NCBI GenBank assembly: GCA_965216565.1
Contig: OZ244170.1
Span: 192,001 to 256,000 of the forward strand
Source: Bythopirellula sp.
GTDB lineage: Bacteria > Planctomycetota > Planctomycetia > Pirellulales > Lacipirellulaceae
Length of the DNA: 64,000 nucleotides
Direction: 5' to 3'
Below, one piece after another: positions 43,007 through 52,906 of the stretch. Below the pieces are notes generated by a model, which saw nothing but the letters and a program-made list of their open reading frames with translations, did no database searches and had not been told where the DNA came from. Made by a program: the position numbers and the translations under genes. Every line of letters starts with the position of its first letter. The first letter of the stretch is position 1.

Positions 43007-43933
43007 TCATCCGAGCAGAGCGACCGCTATCTCTGAAGCTAGTCGGGCGTTGTTCAACACCAGTGCTATATTCGTTTCGAGACTTCGGCCATCGGTGATT
43101 TCGGCTATCTTTGCAAGCAGAAACGGCGTCTCTTCTTTGCCTGTGATCTCGCGTGATCTCAATTCGGCAATCGCGGCGTCGATCGCGATATCGATCTTGT
43201 TGGCATCAAGGGCATCGCTTTCCGGTACAGGATTGGCTATCACTAGCCCTCCCGCAAGCTGGAGTTCCAACTTTGCCTTTACAATAGCGGCAGCCTCGCT
43301 GGGACTGTCAATCCGGTGATCGACTGCGAATCCACTGTCTCTGGTGTAAAACGCTGGGAGCGTGTCCGTCTGATATCCAACAACCGGTACTCCTTGAGTT
43401 TCGAGATATTCAAGCGTACGCCCGATATCAAGAACCGATTTGATACCAGCACATACAACAGCGACCGGGGTGACAGCCAATTCTTCCAGGTCGGCGGAGA
43501 TATCGAGAGAGTCTTCGGCCCCCCGATGTACTCCACCAATCCCGCCGGTAGCGAAGACGTGAATCCCAGCCATGGCGGCAATATTCATCGTTGCGGCAAC
43601 TGTTGTCGCCCCATCAACGCGGCGGGCCACAACTAGAGGGATGTCGCGACGACTGGCTTTCGTGACTCCGAGACCTTCCTTGCCAAGATAGTCGATCTCT
43701 TCCTGAGATAAGCCGACTTTGAGTCGACCTTGAAGAATTGCAATAGTCGCTGGGACAGCACCATGTTCTCGAACCGTCTGCTGAACACGTAACGCGGTCT
43801 CGACATTCTGTGGGTAAGGCATGCCATGGCAAATGATGGTCGATTCCAAAGCAACAACGGGGAGACCACTCTCCAATGCGGTTTGCACTTCTGGTGCGAT
43901 GTCGAGATGAGGGTTTTCTGGATCAGTTTGCAT
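43007..43933 (-). CDS. psuG: Pseudouridine-5'-phosphate glycosidase
   Basis: VVALESTIICHGMPYPQN, KASRRD, ATTVAATM, FATGGIGGVHRG, DISADLEEL, KSVLD, GKEETPFLL; ATG at 43933 overlaps the psuK stop. Confidence 0.95.
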   Translation of the reverse strand: MQTDPENPHLDIAPEVQTALESGLPVVALESTIICHGMPYPQNVETALRVQQTVREHGAVPATIAILQGRLKVGLSQEEIDYLGKEGLGVTKASRRDIPLVVARRVDGATTVAATMNIAAMAGIHVFATGGIGGVHRGAEDSLDISADLEELAVTPVAVVCAGIKSVLDIGRTLEYLETQGVPVVGYQTDTLPAFYTRDSGFAVDHRIDSPSEAAAIVKAKLELQLAGGLVIANPVPESDALDANKIDIAIDAAIAELRSREITGKEETPFLLAKIAEITDGRSLETNIALVLNNARLASEIAVALLG

Positions 43934-44909
43934 TGCTACTTTCGTAAACACGTGTGACAAGCTCGAGCGACAATTCAGGATTATTCGTTCGCTGGTCCGC
44001 GATCGCGACACTCGACGCGGCCATCGCAAACCCCACCGTCTTGTTGATGTCCCAATCGTTTAACCACGAGTAGGCGAGGCCAGCCACGAATGCATCGCCA
44101 GCTCCTCCCGCGTTGACGGGAGCGGCTTGCTCTTCAGGGAGCTTGTAAATACTTTGTTTGTTGCCATCGCTGACATATACGCCATCCTTGCCCAAAGTTA
44201 CGAAGAGTCTTGTCAGGCCTTGTTGGTGGAACCAATCGGCGATCTTCGGCAAGTCACCTTCTTCCTTCACCTCGAATCCGGCTAGCTCCTCAGCCTCCAT
44301 GAGATTCGTCTTCAATGTGTGCACCGAGTTTAGATGTGGCCGGATCTTGACTGCTTTGGCGGTTGAGACTGAATCGACAAAGAGAGGCCGAGCCTCAGTA
44401 CCGCCCGCCAGCCATGCCAATGCATCTTCGCTGAGATTCGTGTCCAGGACAACCAATGCTGCTTGGTTTAGCAGTTGTTTGTGAACTTGCAGCTGTTGTG
44501 GTCCTAGCCGATCGATAATAGTCATGTCCGAGATGGCCACGTGCATGTCGCCGGACCCATCGATGATCGAGAGATAAGTTGACGTATGTTCGGAATCGAT
44601 TTGCGACACATGCTGCATGTCGATTCCAGCGGCTGTTCCCTGCTCCAGCAACTGGCGTCCATGCTGATCGCTACCTACGGCTGAGATCAGTCGACAGGCA
44701 GCACCCAATCGCGATATGTTTTCGGCGATATTTCGCGCTACTCCACCTGGCGAAGTCCGTACAGTTCCGGGGTTGGAGTCTTTCAGGAGCAGCCTGCTAT
44801 TGGGAACTCCGTGGATGTCCATGTTCATCCCACCAATAACAACCACGTAAGGGCTATTTGGGGAGTTGACATTACCAGAAGCAGAGGTGTTTCCAGCCGG
44901 CGGATTCAT
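43923..44909 (-). CDS. psuK: PfkB family kinase, pseudouridine kinase
   Basis: IGGMNMD, DSNPG, GGVARNIAEN, anion-hole GAGDAF; directly upstream of psuG. Confidence 0.85.
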   Translation of the reverse strand: MNPPAGNTSASGNVNSPNSPYVVVIGGMNMDIHGVPNSRLLLKDSNPGTVRTSPGGVARNIAENISRLGAACRLISAVGSDQHGRQLLEQGTAAGIDMQHVSQIDSEHTSTYLSIIDGSGDMHVAISDMTIIDRLGPQQLQVHKQLLNQAALVVLDTNLSEDALAWLAGGTEARPLFVDSVSTAKAVKIRPHLNSVHTLKTNLMEAEELAGFEVKEEGDLPKIADWFHQQGLTRLFVTLGKDGVYVSDGNKQSIYKLPEEQAAPVNAGGAGDAFVAGLAYSWLNDWDINKTVGFAMAASSVAIADQRTNNPELSLELVTRVYESSNAN

Positions 44910-44972
44910 GGATGATACTTCGACAATGAATAAGCTCTAGCTTGGACGGCTGGGGCAAGGTACTCCGAGTGG

Positions 44973-46349
44973 CTATTTTCCGAATCGCTTCTCGATTTGC
45001 TTATGCATTTCGTCGCGCACCGCTTCGTAGCTATCGGGGAGCTCGATCGGCGGGTTGGGAAACTCGGGTTTGAATCCCGCCAACTGTTGCTCGTGGTATT
45101 TGACTTTGAAATCGATGAACTTTAATCCGGCTGCAGTCGAGATTACGACTACGCGCTGTCCGCGCTGGATGTCGCCACGCTTGACCAATTTCTCGGTTGC
45201 TGCCAGGGCGACTCCGGTATGGGGGCAATTGAATAGGCCGGTCCGATCTGCCCGTGCTGAGGCTTCGGAAAGCTCGGCCTCCGAGGCTTGCTCGACAACG
45301 CCATCGTATTTCTTGAGCGCGGCGACTGCCTTGGCATAGGACACGGGATTGCCAATTTGAATCGCGGTAGCCATGGTCGACTGGGCTTGCTGCGGTTCCA
45401 AGTCATCGAAACCTCGTTGGTAGGCTTGATATAACGGGTTGGCGGCTTCGGCTTGGGCACAGCAAATTCGCGGCCGGCCTTTGGCCAAGCCCAACTCGCT
45501 GAGCATATCGAGACCCTTCGCGAGGGCGGAGACGTTGCCCAGGTTTCCGCCGGGGATGATGATCCAGTCGGGCATGTTCCAATCGAATTGCTCAACAATC
45601 TCAATGGCGACAGTTTTCTGCCCTTCGATCCGCAGACTGTTCATTGAGTTCGCCAGGTAGATGCCTTCTTCCGAGGCGATGCGTTTGACGATTTCCATGC
45701 ATCCATCGAAATCGGTGTCGATGGCAAACACCATGGCACCGTTGGCTACTGGTTGAATAAGCTGAGCGATCGAAACCTTACCGTTGGGGATAAATACGAT
45801 CGCCGGGATTCCCGCCGCGCCTGCATAGGCAGCTAGGGCGGCTGATGTATCACCCGTCGAGGCACATGCTACCGCCGGGATCGTTTGCCCTTGGTTGATC
45901 ATTTGACGAACCATCGAAACCAGCACAGTCATGCCGAGGTCTTTGAACGAACCAGTGTGCGAGTTGCCGCACTGCTTGATCCACAGATCATCCAGTCCGA
46001 TCTGTTCGCCGTAGCGTTCGGCCCAAAAGAGATTCGTATTCCCCTCGTACATCGAGACGACATTTTCATCGGCGACGCCGGGGAGCACCCACTCTTTTTT
46101 CCCCCACACGCCCGAGCCGTAGGGCCACTTGGTGCCGCGTCCTCTCTGGTAAAATATCTGCTTCCACTCGTCGGCCGACTTCTTGCGAAGCTCGTCCATA
46201 TCGTGCACCACTTCCAGCAGACTGCCGTCAGAACCGGTGTAGACGACTTCGTTTAGCTCGAAACGTTCATCGGGATTGCTGATGCTTTGAAACCAAGCAC
46301 GAGGTTGAAAATCTTGGTCGGTTGATGGTTGGGCAGAGAGAGTTGACAT
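44973..46349 (-). CDS. thrC: Threonine synthase
   Basis: PLP lysine [61 protein letters not shown]. Confidence 0.93.
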   Translation of the reverse strand: MSTLSAQPSTDQDFQPRAWFQSISNPDERFELNEVVYTGSDGSLLEVVHDMDELRKKSADEWKQIFYQRGRGTKWPYGSGVWGKKEWVLPGVADENVVSMYEGNTNLFWAERYGEQIGLDDLWIKQCGNSHTGSFKDLGMTVLVSMVRQMINQGQTIPAVACASTGDTSAALAAYAGAAGIPAIVFIPNGKVSIAQLIQPVANGAMVFAIDTDFDGCMEIVKRIASEEGIYLANSMNSLRIEGQKTVAIEIVEQFDWNMPDWIIIPGGNLGNVSALAKGLDMLSELGLAKGRPRICCAQAEAANPLYQAYQRGFDDLEPQQAQSTMATAIQIGNPVSYAKAVAALKKYDGVVEQASEAELSEASARADRTGLFNCPHTGVALAATEKLVKRGDIQRGQRVVVISTAAGLKFIDFKVKYHEQQLAGFKPEFPNPPIELPDSYEAVRDEMHKQIEKRFGK

Positions 46350-46765
46350 GGCAAGTCGTGCTAGTGAGTTGGGTGGCTAGGGCACTCCTGCGGAGGGCCC
46401 AATTGGAGACAGTTTTCGGAGGACTCATGCTCCTCGACGGTTGACTCCAGTGTACACAACAGGAGTGGAATCGCCGAGGCGGGCCGATGCAGCTGGGTAG
46501 TATTCCTAGGCGGATTTTGTTCCGGCAAACTTGATTTCCATGGCGAAGAAGGCCTAGGCCAAAATTGCGGATACCCCTTATTCGCGGGGAATTCCCTCAA
46601 GTTCGCAGGATTTCGGTGAGTCGACCGCTTGGCTATTGCTGCGTCGAGGGCAGCATCACTGAGCTAATAGAACAGGAGGGAAATCTACCTGGCAGCTAAA
46701 ATTTCCCTAACCGGAACAGGGATGATTTTGCGGGCTATGGTTCTACTCGTCAGAACCGTCTGACG

Positions 46766-47737
46766 ATGAATAATCTGTTCCACCCAACAATGGAACGCAA
46801 GCTTGGAGATAAGGAAATCTCTTCATACTCAGGGACGAAGGGCTGCACGGTGTTTGATCGATTCTGGAAATATGTTTTTTTTCTTTGCCTAGCCAGCACA
46901 ATGTCCTTCTCGACTCAGAGCCAGGCCTTAAGCGATGACCATTGGCTTGAGACACTGGAAATCTTTGGCGGAATCGATGGTAGTAAGCAGCCCCAGGATT
47001 TTGGCGTCAATGCGAACTTGGGCGGACGTTTTCACGTGAATTGGGGCGGTCCCGTCCTCGCTGATTACGGACTGGGTATGCAGTTAGGCACTGCAATTGT
47101 TTCTTCGGACAATGCGGTGCGAGTTTACGAACTCGTCGGGGAAGCAGGGGGACGCCACCAGAGTTTCACTACTGCCGGAATGTTTCAGCGTCTTGAAAAT
47201 GGTTTTAGCTGGGGAATAGTCTACGACTTCCTTTACGAAGAGTCGTTCGACGATTTCTTTCTTGGCCAGTGGCGAATTCGTACTGCTTACGATCTGACAC
47301 GAGATTGGCAGGTCGGTATGACAGTGAACATTGCCGAGGAAGACGAAACGGGACAGTTCAATGCCACGACAGTGACACTGGCTCCGATTTCACAGGCCCA
47401 TTGGTATGTGAGGCATCTGTGGCAGACCGGGACTCAAACAACATTTTGGGTAGGTATTGCAGAGGAGCATGGCGAAAACAATGCCGTGACCGGCCCTTCG
47501 CCAGGTAAGGACGAAGTCTTTCTGTTCGGTGCCGATTTCCTCGCCCCGCTGAACGATAGTCTGGCTCTCTACGGCGAGACGAATCTTATGATGCCAGCCG
47601 ACACTGGGACCGTCGATGCATTCCTCGGCGTGCAATGGTTCCCCTGGGGCAATGCAAAACGGGCCCGGCGAACGGATTTCTCTCCACTGTTGCCCGTTGC
47701 CGGCAGCCCAACATTCTCAGTCGACCTCCGCCAGTAA
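46766..47737 (+). CDS. Planctomycete putative outer-membrane beta-barrel protein (DUF6666-like)
   Basis: FGGIDGSKQPQDFGVNANLG motif, alternating aromatic beta-strands, signal-like segment; true start probably downstream of 46766. Confidence 0.6.
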   Translation: MNNLFHPTMERKLGDKEISSYSGTKGCTVFDRFWKYVFFLCLASTMSFSTQSQALSDDHWLETLEIFGGIDGSKQPQDFGVNANLGGRFHVNWGGPVLADYGLGMQLGTAIVSSDNAVRVYELVGEAGGRHQSFTTAGMFQRLENGFSWGIVYDFLYEESFDDFFLGQWRIRTAYDLTRDWQVGMTVNIAEEDETGQFNATTVTLAPISQAHWYVRHLWQTGTQTTFWVGIAEEHGENNAVTGPSPGKDEVFLFGADFLAPLNDSLALYGETNLMMPADTGTVDAFLGVQWFPWGNAKRARRTDFSPLLPVAGSPTFSVDLRQ

Positions 47738-47970
47738 TCGGCGCAATCGCCACAGTTGTTTCAATTGCAAAACTCGGCGCACAAAATGTGACCAGAGGTA
47801 AGGGACTCCCCTAGGCAGGCAGAAAACTGCCATTCTGTGAGCAAGGCTTGTGGGTCTAACCCTACATCAGAAGCCTTTGAATTAAGGTGCGCCGTCGTTC
47901 TGTTGTCCCCCGTGATCAACCTCCACGTGGGTACGGCCCGATGTGCGTCTACCTAACAAATACATAAAAT

Positions 47971-50900
47971 ATGGCTCCAGAATTGACAACTAACGCCTCT
48001 ACAGAGCTTGGCATTGAGCCCTCTTATCCAGCGGAACGCGCTGCGCCCAACGAAGTTGTGGATGCAACGTCGAGCCGTGCGTATCAAGTTCTCAATCAGA
48101 TCAGCGCAGGCCAAGATGGTGTCGCCTACGAAGCCGTCAATAAGAACAACGACCAGCAAGTCGAGCTTTGGAAACTCGTCGGGACTCAACACGTGGTTGG
48201 GCGTGAGGAAGAAGTCCTCCAACGGCTGAGCCTGGTCCAATTGCTTCGCCATCCCGCAACGCGCCGGGTTCACACTGTTATCAAAGACGGTTCCCAACCA
48301 ATTGTCATTCTTGAGACCTCACCACCAGCTACACTGAAAGATTGGCTCCGACTTGGCGGTCCAGATTTCAATCCGCTGACGATTCTTCGATCTGTTGTCG
48401 GGGCACTGGATGAAGCACATAAGCTGGGCCTCTCACACGAAGCAATTTACCCAGAGTCTATTCGATTGCAGAGCGATCTTACGCCGCAACTCGATTTCAC
48501 GCGACTAAGTGTAACGTCGCCCCCAACAGGCGAGCCTGTCAGGTTCTCTCACGCAAACGAGTTACCCTTCGAGAATCGCGACATAGCCAACGACTCTTAC
48601 TGCGTGGGCCAACTAATAGATTGGTTGCTTGAGGAGTATCCAGAATTTGAGCACTCGTGTCATGAAACTTCGAGCCGCCATACCGCTGAGCTCAGGCAGC
48701 TCGCCCAAAGTGCAATTCACGATTCATCATCGGATCGACCCTCGTTAGCGAGATTTGTCGAATGTTTCTCTGCATTTCTGGATGAGGATCAAGAAGACCA
48801 GTCTGCTACGGAATTTGATGCCGAGAAAACTGACAGCGTGGCCGAGGGCTACTCTGGAACTCTGTCGAACCAATTCGTCTCCAGTGATTCGACCGCAGAA
48901 CTATCGGGTAACGTTGCACCGGCCGACTCTACGGCCGAGCTGAGCGCCATACCCCAGGTTGCTGATTCGACTGCCGAGATAGATTCCACTGCAGGTTCGG
49001 CTCCCGGCACCGCCGACTTGGGGCTCTTGGGCCCCGTTCCTACGCGGAAACAGAATGCCATTCGCATGCCTAATGCGGGTGAGCGGCTGGGGCGTTACCA
49101 GATTCTCAAGAAAATTGGCGAGGGCGGGATGGGGGCCGTCTATCAAGCTGAAGATATCAGCGATGGTTCGCTTGTTGCCATCAAAGTACTTAGCGAGTCG
49201 GCGAGTTTAAGGTCCAATTCTTTGCAGCGATTTCACAAGGAAGCGCGACTGCTCGCCGCGGTGAACAATCCTCACGTTGCCAATCTGATCGAAGTCAACG
49301 AGCAAGACGGATTGCACTACATCGTGCTGGAGTTTGTTGAAGGAGTCGATCTCAAGCATGTTTTAGCGCTCCGTTCGCCCCTGGCCGAGGAGCAAGCCCT
49401 GTCCATCGCCGCGGATATTGCTCGAGCGTTAGTCGATGCCCATCAAAGCGAAATTGTGCATCGGGATATCAAGCCCGAAAACGTGTTGCTCGATCTTTCG
49501 TCCGGTTTAAAGGTCGAGGATCTAACTGAAACAGATCAGATGCCAAGGGTCAAGTTGACCGACTTCGGCATTGCCCGACACGTGAACCAATCGGAATCGT
49601 TAGCGGTGACTCAGGCGGGGGGTATCCTTGGCACGCCGATGTATATGTCGCCTGAGCAGTGCAAAGGCAAGGGTGAGATCACGCCGCAATCGGATGTCTA
49701 TGCCCTTGGCATCACACTATACGAAATGCTCGGCGGTAAAACGCCCTTTCAAGCTGACGATCCGATGAAGCTAGCCGGCATGCATTGTTTCGATGCCCCG
49801 CCAGCATTAAGAAAATTAAATCCACAGGTCAGCGAACTCGCTGCGGGAATTGTTGACAAAGCGATTGCTAAGAAGCCGATCGATCGCTACGCCGACGCCG
49901 CCCATATTCTTCGCGACCTCGACCAGCTCTTGCGAGGCGAACCCTCGGAAATAGCGGTGCACCCGTTATTGCCCGAGCACGATCCGTTGCAGGTAATTGG
50001 CAACGAAATGATGTGGGAACTTAAGTCGTCTCCCGAGCAGTTGTGGCCCATGGTGGCAAATACTGAGCGGCTGAATCGTGCGATAGGTTTGCCCCCAGTG
50101 AAATACAGCACGCGCGTCGACGAAAATAACAAGGTGCGTCGATTTGCCGAGATTTCGCTGGCCGGCTTCCAGATCTCTTGGGAAGAGCACCCATTTGAGT
50201 GGATTGAGGGCCGTCGAATGAGTGTCCTACGCGAATTCAAATCGGGCCCGTTCAAATGGTTCACCAGTACGGTTGAGCTAGAAAGAACATCCGAGGGTGG
50301 CACTAATCTGAAACACTGTGTAAAGATTCTGCCCCGAAACATGGTTGGCAAGTTGCTAGCGAAGATCGAGACAGGTAGCAAATGCCAGCGTTCTTTGGGC
50401 CGAGTCTACAGCCGCATGGATGAAACACTCTCAGGCAAACATGGAGAGTCGCCAGTCGTCGATCCGTTTGAACCCGCTGCTTCAATGGCTAAGCACCAGC
50501 GCGAGCGACTCGAGAACCGCATCGATCTGTTAATCAAACGCGGTGTAGACACAGAGCTTGCCCAGATGCTGGGTGACTATGTTGCTGCTGCTCCTGCTCA
50601 GGAGTTAGCAAAGATTCGTCCCTTGGAACTGGCCGAACGATTGCAGTTGGACAGTCAGGAACTAGTGGATGCCTGTCTCCTAGCGAGTGCGGAAGGATTG
50701 CTAATGTTGCAATGGGATATTCTGTGTCCCACCTGCCGCGTCGCTGCTGATACACAAACTACCCTAAAAGAACTCAAAGGCCATACGCATTGCGAAGCGT
50801 GCAATACAGACTTCGACTCAGACATTGCCAACTCTGTAGAGATGGTATTCCGAGTGAACTCTGATCTGCGAAAAACGGAGTTAGACAAGTTTTGCATTGG

Positions 50901-51804
50901 AGGACCAGGGCACTCACCGCATGTGGTTGCACAGGTTCGCATCGAGCCTACAGAGCGTATCGAGCTGGAATTGAACTTGCCAATCGGCGAATACCTCCTG
51001 CGGGGTCCGCAGCTTGCTAAGTCGGTAACGCTCAAAGTCCGCTCATGCGGTGCGCCCAGCCAACATGAGGTGGTGCTCAACGGTAGTCTAGACAATCGAC
51101 AAACCCCACTGTTGCGTGCGGGAAAACAGTTACTGTGGATCTGCAATGAATTCGACACCCTACAAGTTGTTCGGCTCGAACGAACTATTCCACGCAATGA
51201 TGTCGTCACTGCGGCCCAAGCCTCGGCATTGCCTCGTTTTCGAGAGCTATTCCCAGGCGAAGTGCTCGACTCGGGCCAGCTCATCTCTACCGAGCAGGTA
51301 ACCATGGTGGTCACCACCGTCCCCGAAGTCGATGCCATTTATGCTGAGCTAGGAGATGCAGCGGCGTACGAACTGTTGCAACGAAACATCGCGCATCAAC
51401 AAAAAACGATTCAAGAAAGCGGTGGTGCCGTAATCAAGACTGTCGGCGAGGGAGTCGTCGCCGCATTCGATCAGGTTGAAGCGGCTGTCGAGGCTGCATT
51501 TCAATTGGATGATACACGTACCTCGGAACCGGGTTTGGCCAAGCTTGAAAGTTCGGTCGGTATTCATCGCGGACCGGCCTTGGTAACTACCGTAAACGAC
51601 CGCTTGGACTATTTCGGTGCCACTGCACGGATTGCGACTGCCCTGCCCCATGCCTCTCACGGAATCTCAATGACGGAACCGGTGTACTCCGATCCATTGG
51701 TTCACGAATACCTGCAGCAGAACAAGCTTGCAGGCAGCTTGCTAACCCTGGATTTGCCAGGAAAGCCAAATCAAATTGTGCAATGCTTTGCCAACGACGA
51801 GTAA
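47971..51804 (+). CDS. Multidomain Ser/Thr protein kinase: degenerate kinase-like N-terminus, Hanks kinase, START/SRPBCC, DUF5939-like Cys cluster, degenerate class III cyclase
   Basis: IGEGGMGAVY, VAIK, HRDIKPEN, DFG, GTPMYMSPEQ, SDVYALG; SSPEQLWPMVANTERLNRAIG; WDILCPTCR...HCEACN; KTVGEG...VGIHRG...DYFGATARIA. Confidence 0.88.
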   Translation: MAPELTTNASTELGIEPSYPAERAAPNEVVDATSSRAYQVLNQISAGQDGVAYEAVNKNNDQQVELWKLVGTQHVVGREEEVLQRLSLVQLLRHPATRRVHTVIKDGSQPIVILETSPPATLKDWLRLGGPDFNPLTILRSVVGALDEAHKLGLSHEAIYPESIRLQSDLTPQLDFTRLSVTSPPTGEPVRFSHANELPFENRDIANDSYCVGQLIDWLLEEYPEFEHSCHETSSRHTAELRQLAQSAIHDSSSDRPSLARFVECFSAFLDEDQEDQSATEFDAEKTDSVAEGYSGTLSNQFVSSDSTAELSGNVAPADSTAELSAIPQVADSTAEIDSTAGSAPGTADLGLLGPVPTRKQNAIRMPNAGERLGRYQILKKIGEGGMGAVYQAEDISDGSLVAIKVLSESASLRSNSLQRFHKEARLLAAVNNPHVANLIEVNEQDGLHYIVLEFVEGVDLKHVLALRSPLAEEQALSIAADIARALVDAHQSEIVHRDIKPENVLLDLSSGLKVEDLTETDQMPRVKLTDFGIARHVNQSESLAVTQAGGILGTPMYMSPEQCKGKGEITPQSDVYALGITLYEMLGGKTPFQADDPMKLAGMHCFDAPPALRKLNPQVSELAAGIVDKAIAKKPIDRYADAAHILRDLDQLLRGEPSEIAVHPLLPEHDPLQVIGNEMMWELKSSPEQLWPMVANTERLNRAIGLPPVKYSTRVDENNKVRRFAEISLAGFQISWEEHPFEWIEGRRMSVLREFKSGPFKWFTSTVELERTSEGGTNLKHCVKILPRNMVGKLLAKIETGSKCQRSLGRVYSRMDETLSGKHGESPVVDPFEPAASMAKHQRERLENRIDLLIKRGVDTELAQMLGDYVAAAPAQELAKIRPLELAERLQLDSQELVDACLLASAEGLLMLQWDILCPTCRVAADTQTTLKELKGHTHCEACNTDFDSDIANSVEMVFRVNSDLRKTELDKFCIGGPGHSPHVVAQVRIEPTERIELELNLPIGEYLLRGPQLAKSVTLKVRSCGAPSQHEVVLNGSLDNRQTPLLRAGKQLLWICNEFDTLQVVRLERTIPRNDVVTAAQASALPRFRELFPGEVLDSGQLISTEQVTMVVTTVPEVDAIYAELGDAAAYELLQRNIAHQQKTIQESGGAVIKTVGEGVVAAFDQVEAAVEAAFQLDDTRTSEPGLAKLESSVGIHRGPALVTTVNDRLDYFGATARIATALPHASHGISMTEPVYSDPLVHEYLQQNKLAGSLLTLDLPGKPNQIVQCFANDE

Positions 51805-51811
51805 GAACATC

Positions 51812-52906
51812 ATGAATGCAACTGACAATCAATCGACTACTAAAAATCCTTGGACGCTTACCGAATGTCGCGATGACGGCTCGGCGGGGCAGACCATCAA
51901 TATTTCGTCCGTGCAGTTTACTGTGGGGCGAATGGCGGGCACTTCGCTGACGGTGCCTTTCAACTCGGTATCGAAGAATCACGCGGTGATTGAAATCGAA
52001 GAAGGCCGCCCGGTCATACGCGACCTGGGGAGTACGAATGGTACTTTTGTGAACGGTCGGCCAATTACTTCCGCTCCGCTCACCAACGGCGACATCGTTC
52101 AGTTTGCAGACACCATGTACCGAGTGGGAGAGCCACAGGCTGAGGAATTTGGTGCCACCATCGCGGGCGATTCTCTTCCTTGGGCGACTGCACTCATTAA
52201 ATTCGACGAGCTAATGGAGGGCGAGGGAGTTCATCCTCATTTTCAGCCGATTGTCGAATTGCCCAGTGGGAACACGGTGGCCTACGAACTTTTGGCACGT
52301 AGTATCCACGAAGGTCTTCAGAGTCCTTATCAAATGTTTACGACTGCTGCTCGGTTAGGACAAGAATGTGGGCTTAGCGAGCTCATGCGCCGCGAAGGCG
52401 TAAGAGACGCTTTGCAAATGACGGATTGCGGCAACCTGTTTTTGAATACCCACCCTAAAGAGATCATCAATCCAAGATTCTTGCAATCGCTGCACGAGCT
52501 TCGCGTGCTTACCCCCAACTTGCCGATCACGATCGAGTTGCATGAAGGTGCCATCACTCAGATGGACGACATGAAAAACTTCAAAGCGTTACTCGACGAC
52601 CTGGATATGCTGTTGGCCTACGACGACTTTGGCGCGGGGCAAGCTCGACTCGACGAATTGACCGAGATTCCTCCGCACTACTTAAAGTTCGACATCAAGT
52701 TTATTAGAGAAATCGACAAAGCATCGGCTAGTCGTCAAGGCATGGTCGAGACACTAGTGCGCCTAGTGAAAGAACTGGGCGTCTACGCCTTGGCCGAGGG
52801 CGTTGAAAATGCTGACGAGGGGGAGACCTGCACACAACTCGGTTTCGATTTGGCACAGGGCTATCACTTCGGTCGACCGGCGCCGCGTGAGTCTTGGGAG
52901 AAATGA
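51812..52906 (+). CDS. FHA-EAL c-di-GMP phosphodiesterase
   Basis: FHA motifs GR...SVSKNHA...DLGSTNGTFVNG; EAL motifs HFQPIV, ELLAR, FLN, IEL, DDFGAG, LKFD, AEGVE, QGY. Confidence 0.92.
   Translation: MNATDNQSTTKNPWTLTECRDDGSAGQTINISSVQFTVGRMAGTSLTVPFNSVSKNHAVIEIEEGRPVIRDLGSTNGTFVNGRPITSAPLTNGDIVQFADTMYRVGEPQAEEFGATIAGDSLPWATALIKFDELMEGEGVHPHFQPIVELPSGNTVAYELLARSIHEGLQSPYQMFTTAARLGQECGLSELMRREGVRDALQMTDCGNLFLNTHPKEIINPRFLQSLHELRVLTPNLPITIELHEGAITQMDDMKNFKALLDDLDMLLAYDDFGAGQARLDELTEIPPHYLKFDIKFIREIDKASASRQGMVETLVRLVKELGVYALAEGVENADEGETCTQLGFDLAQGYHFGRPAPRESWEK

Noticed and set aside
47810..47880. c-di-GMP-I riboswitch upstream of the kinase/EAL operon
   Set aside because: GCAAGGCTTGTGGGTCTAA is reminiscent, but the GGCAAA-stem-GNRA-stem-GCAAA architecture is not present; an Infernal RF01051 search would settle it.
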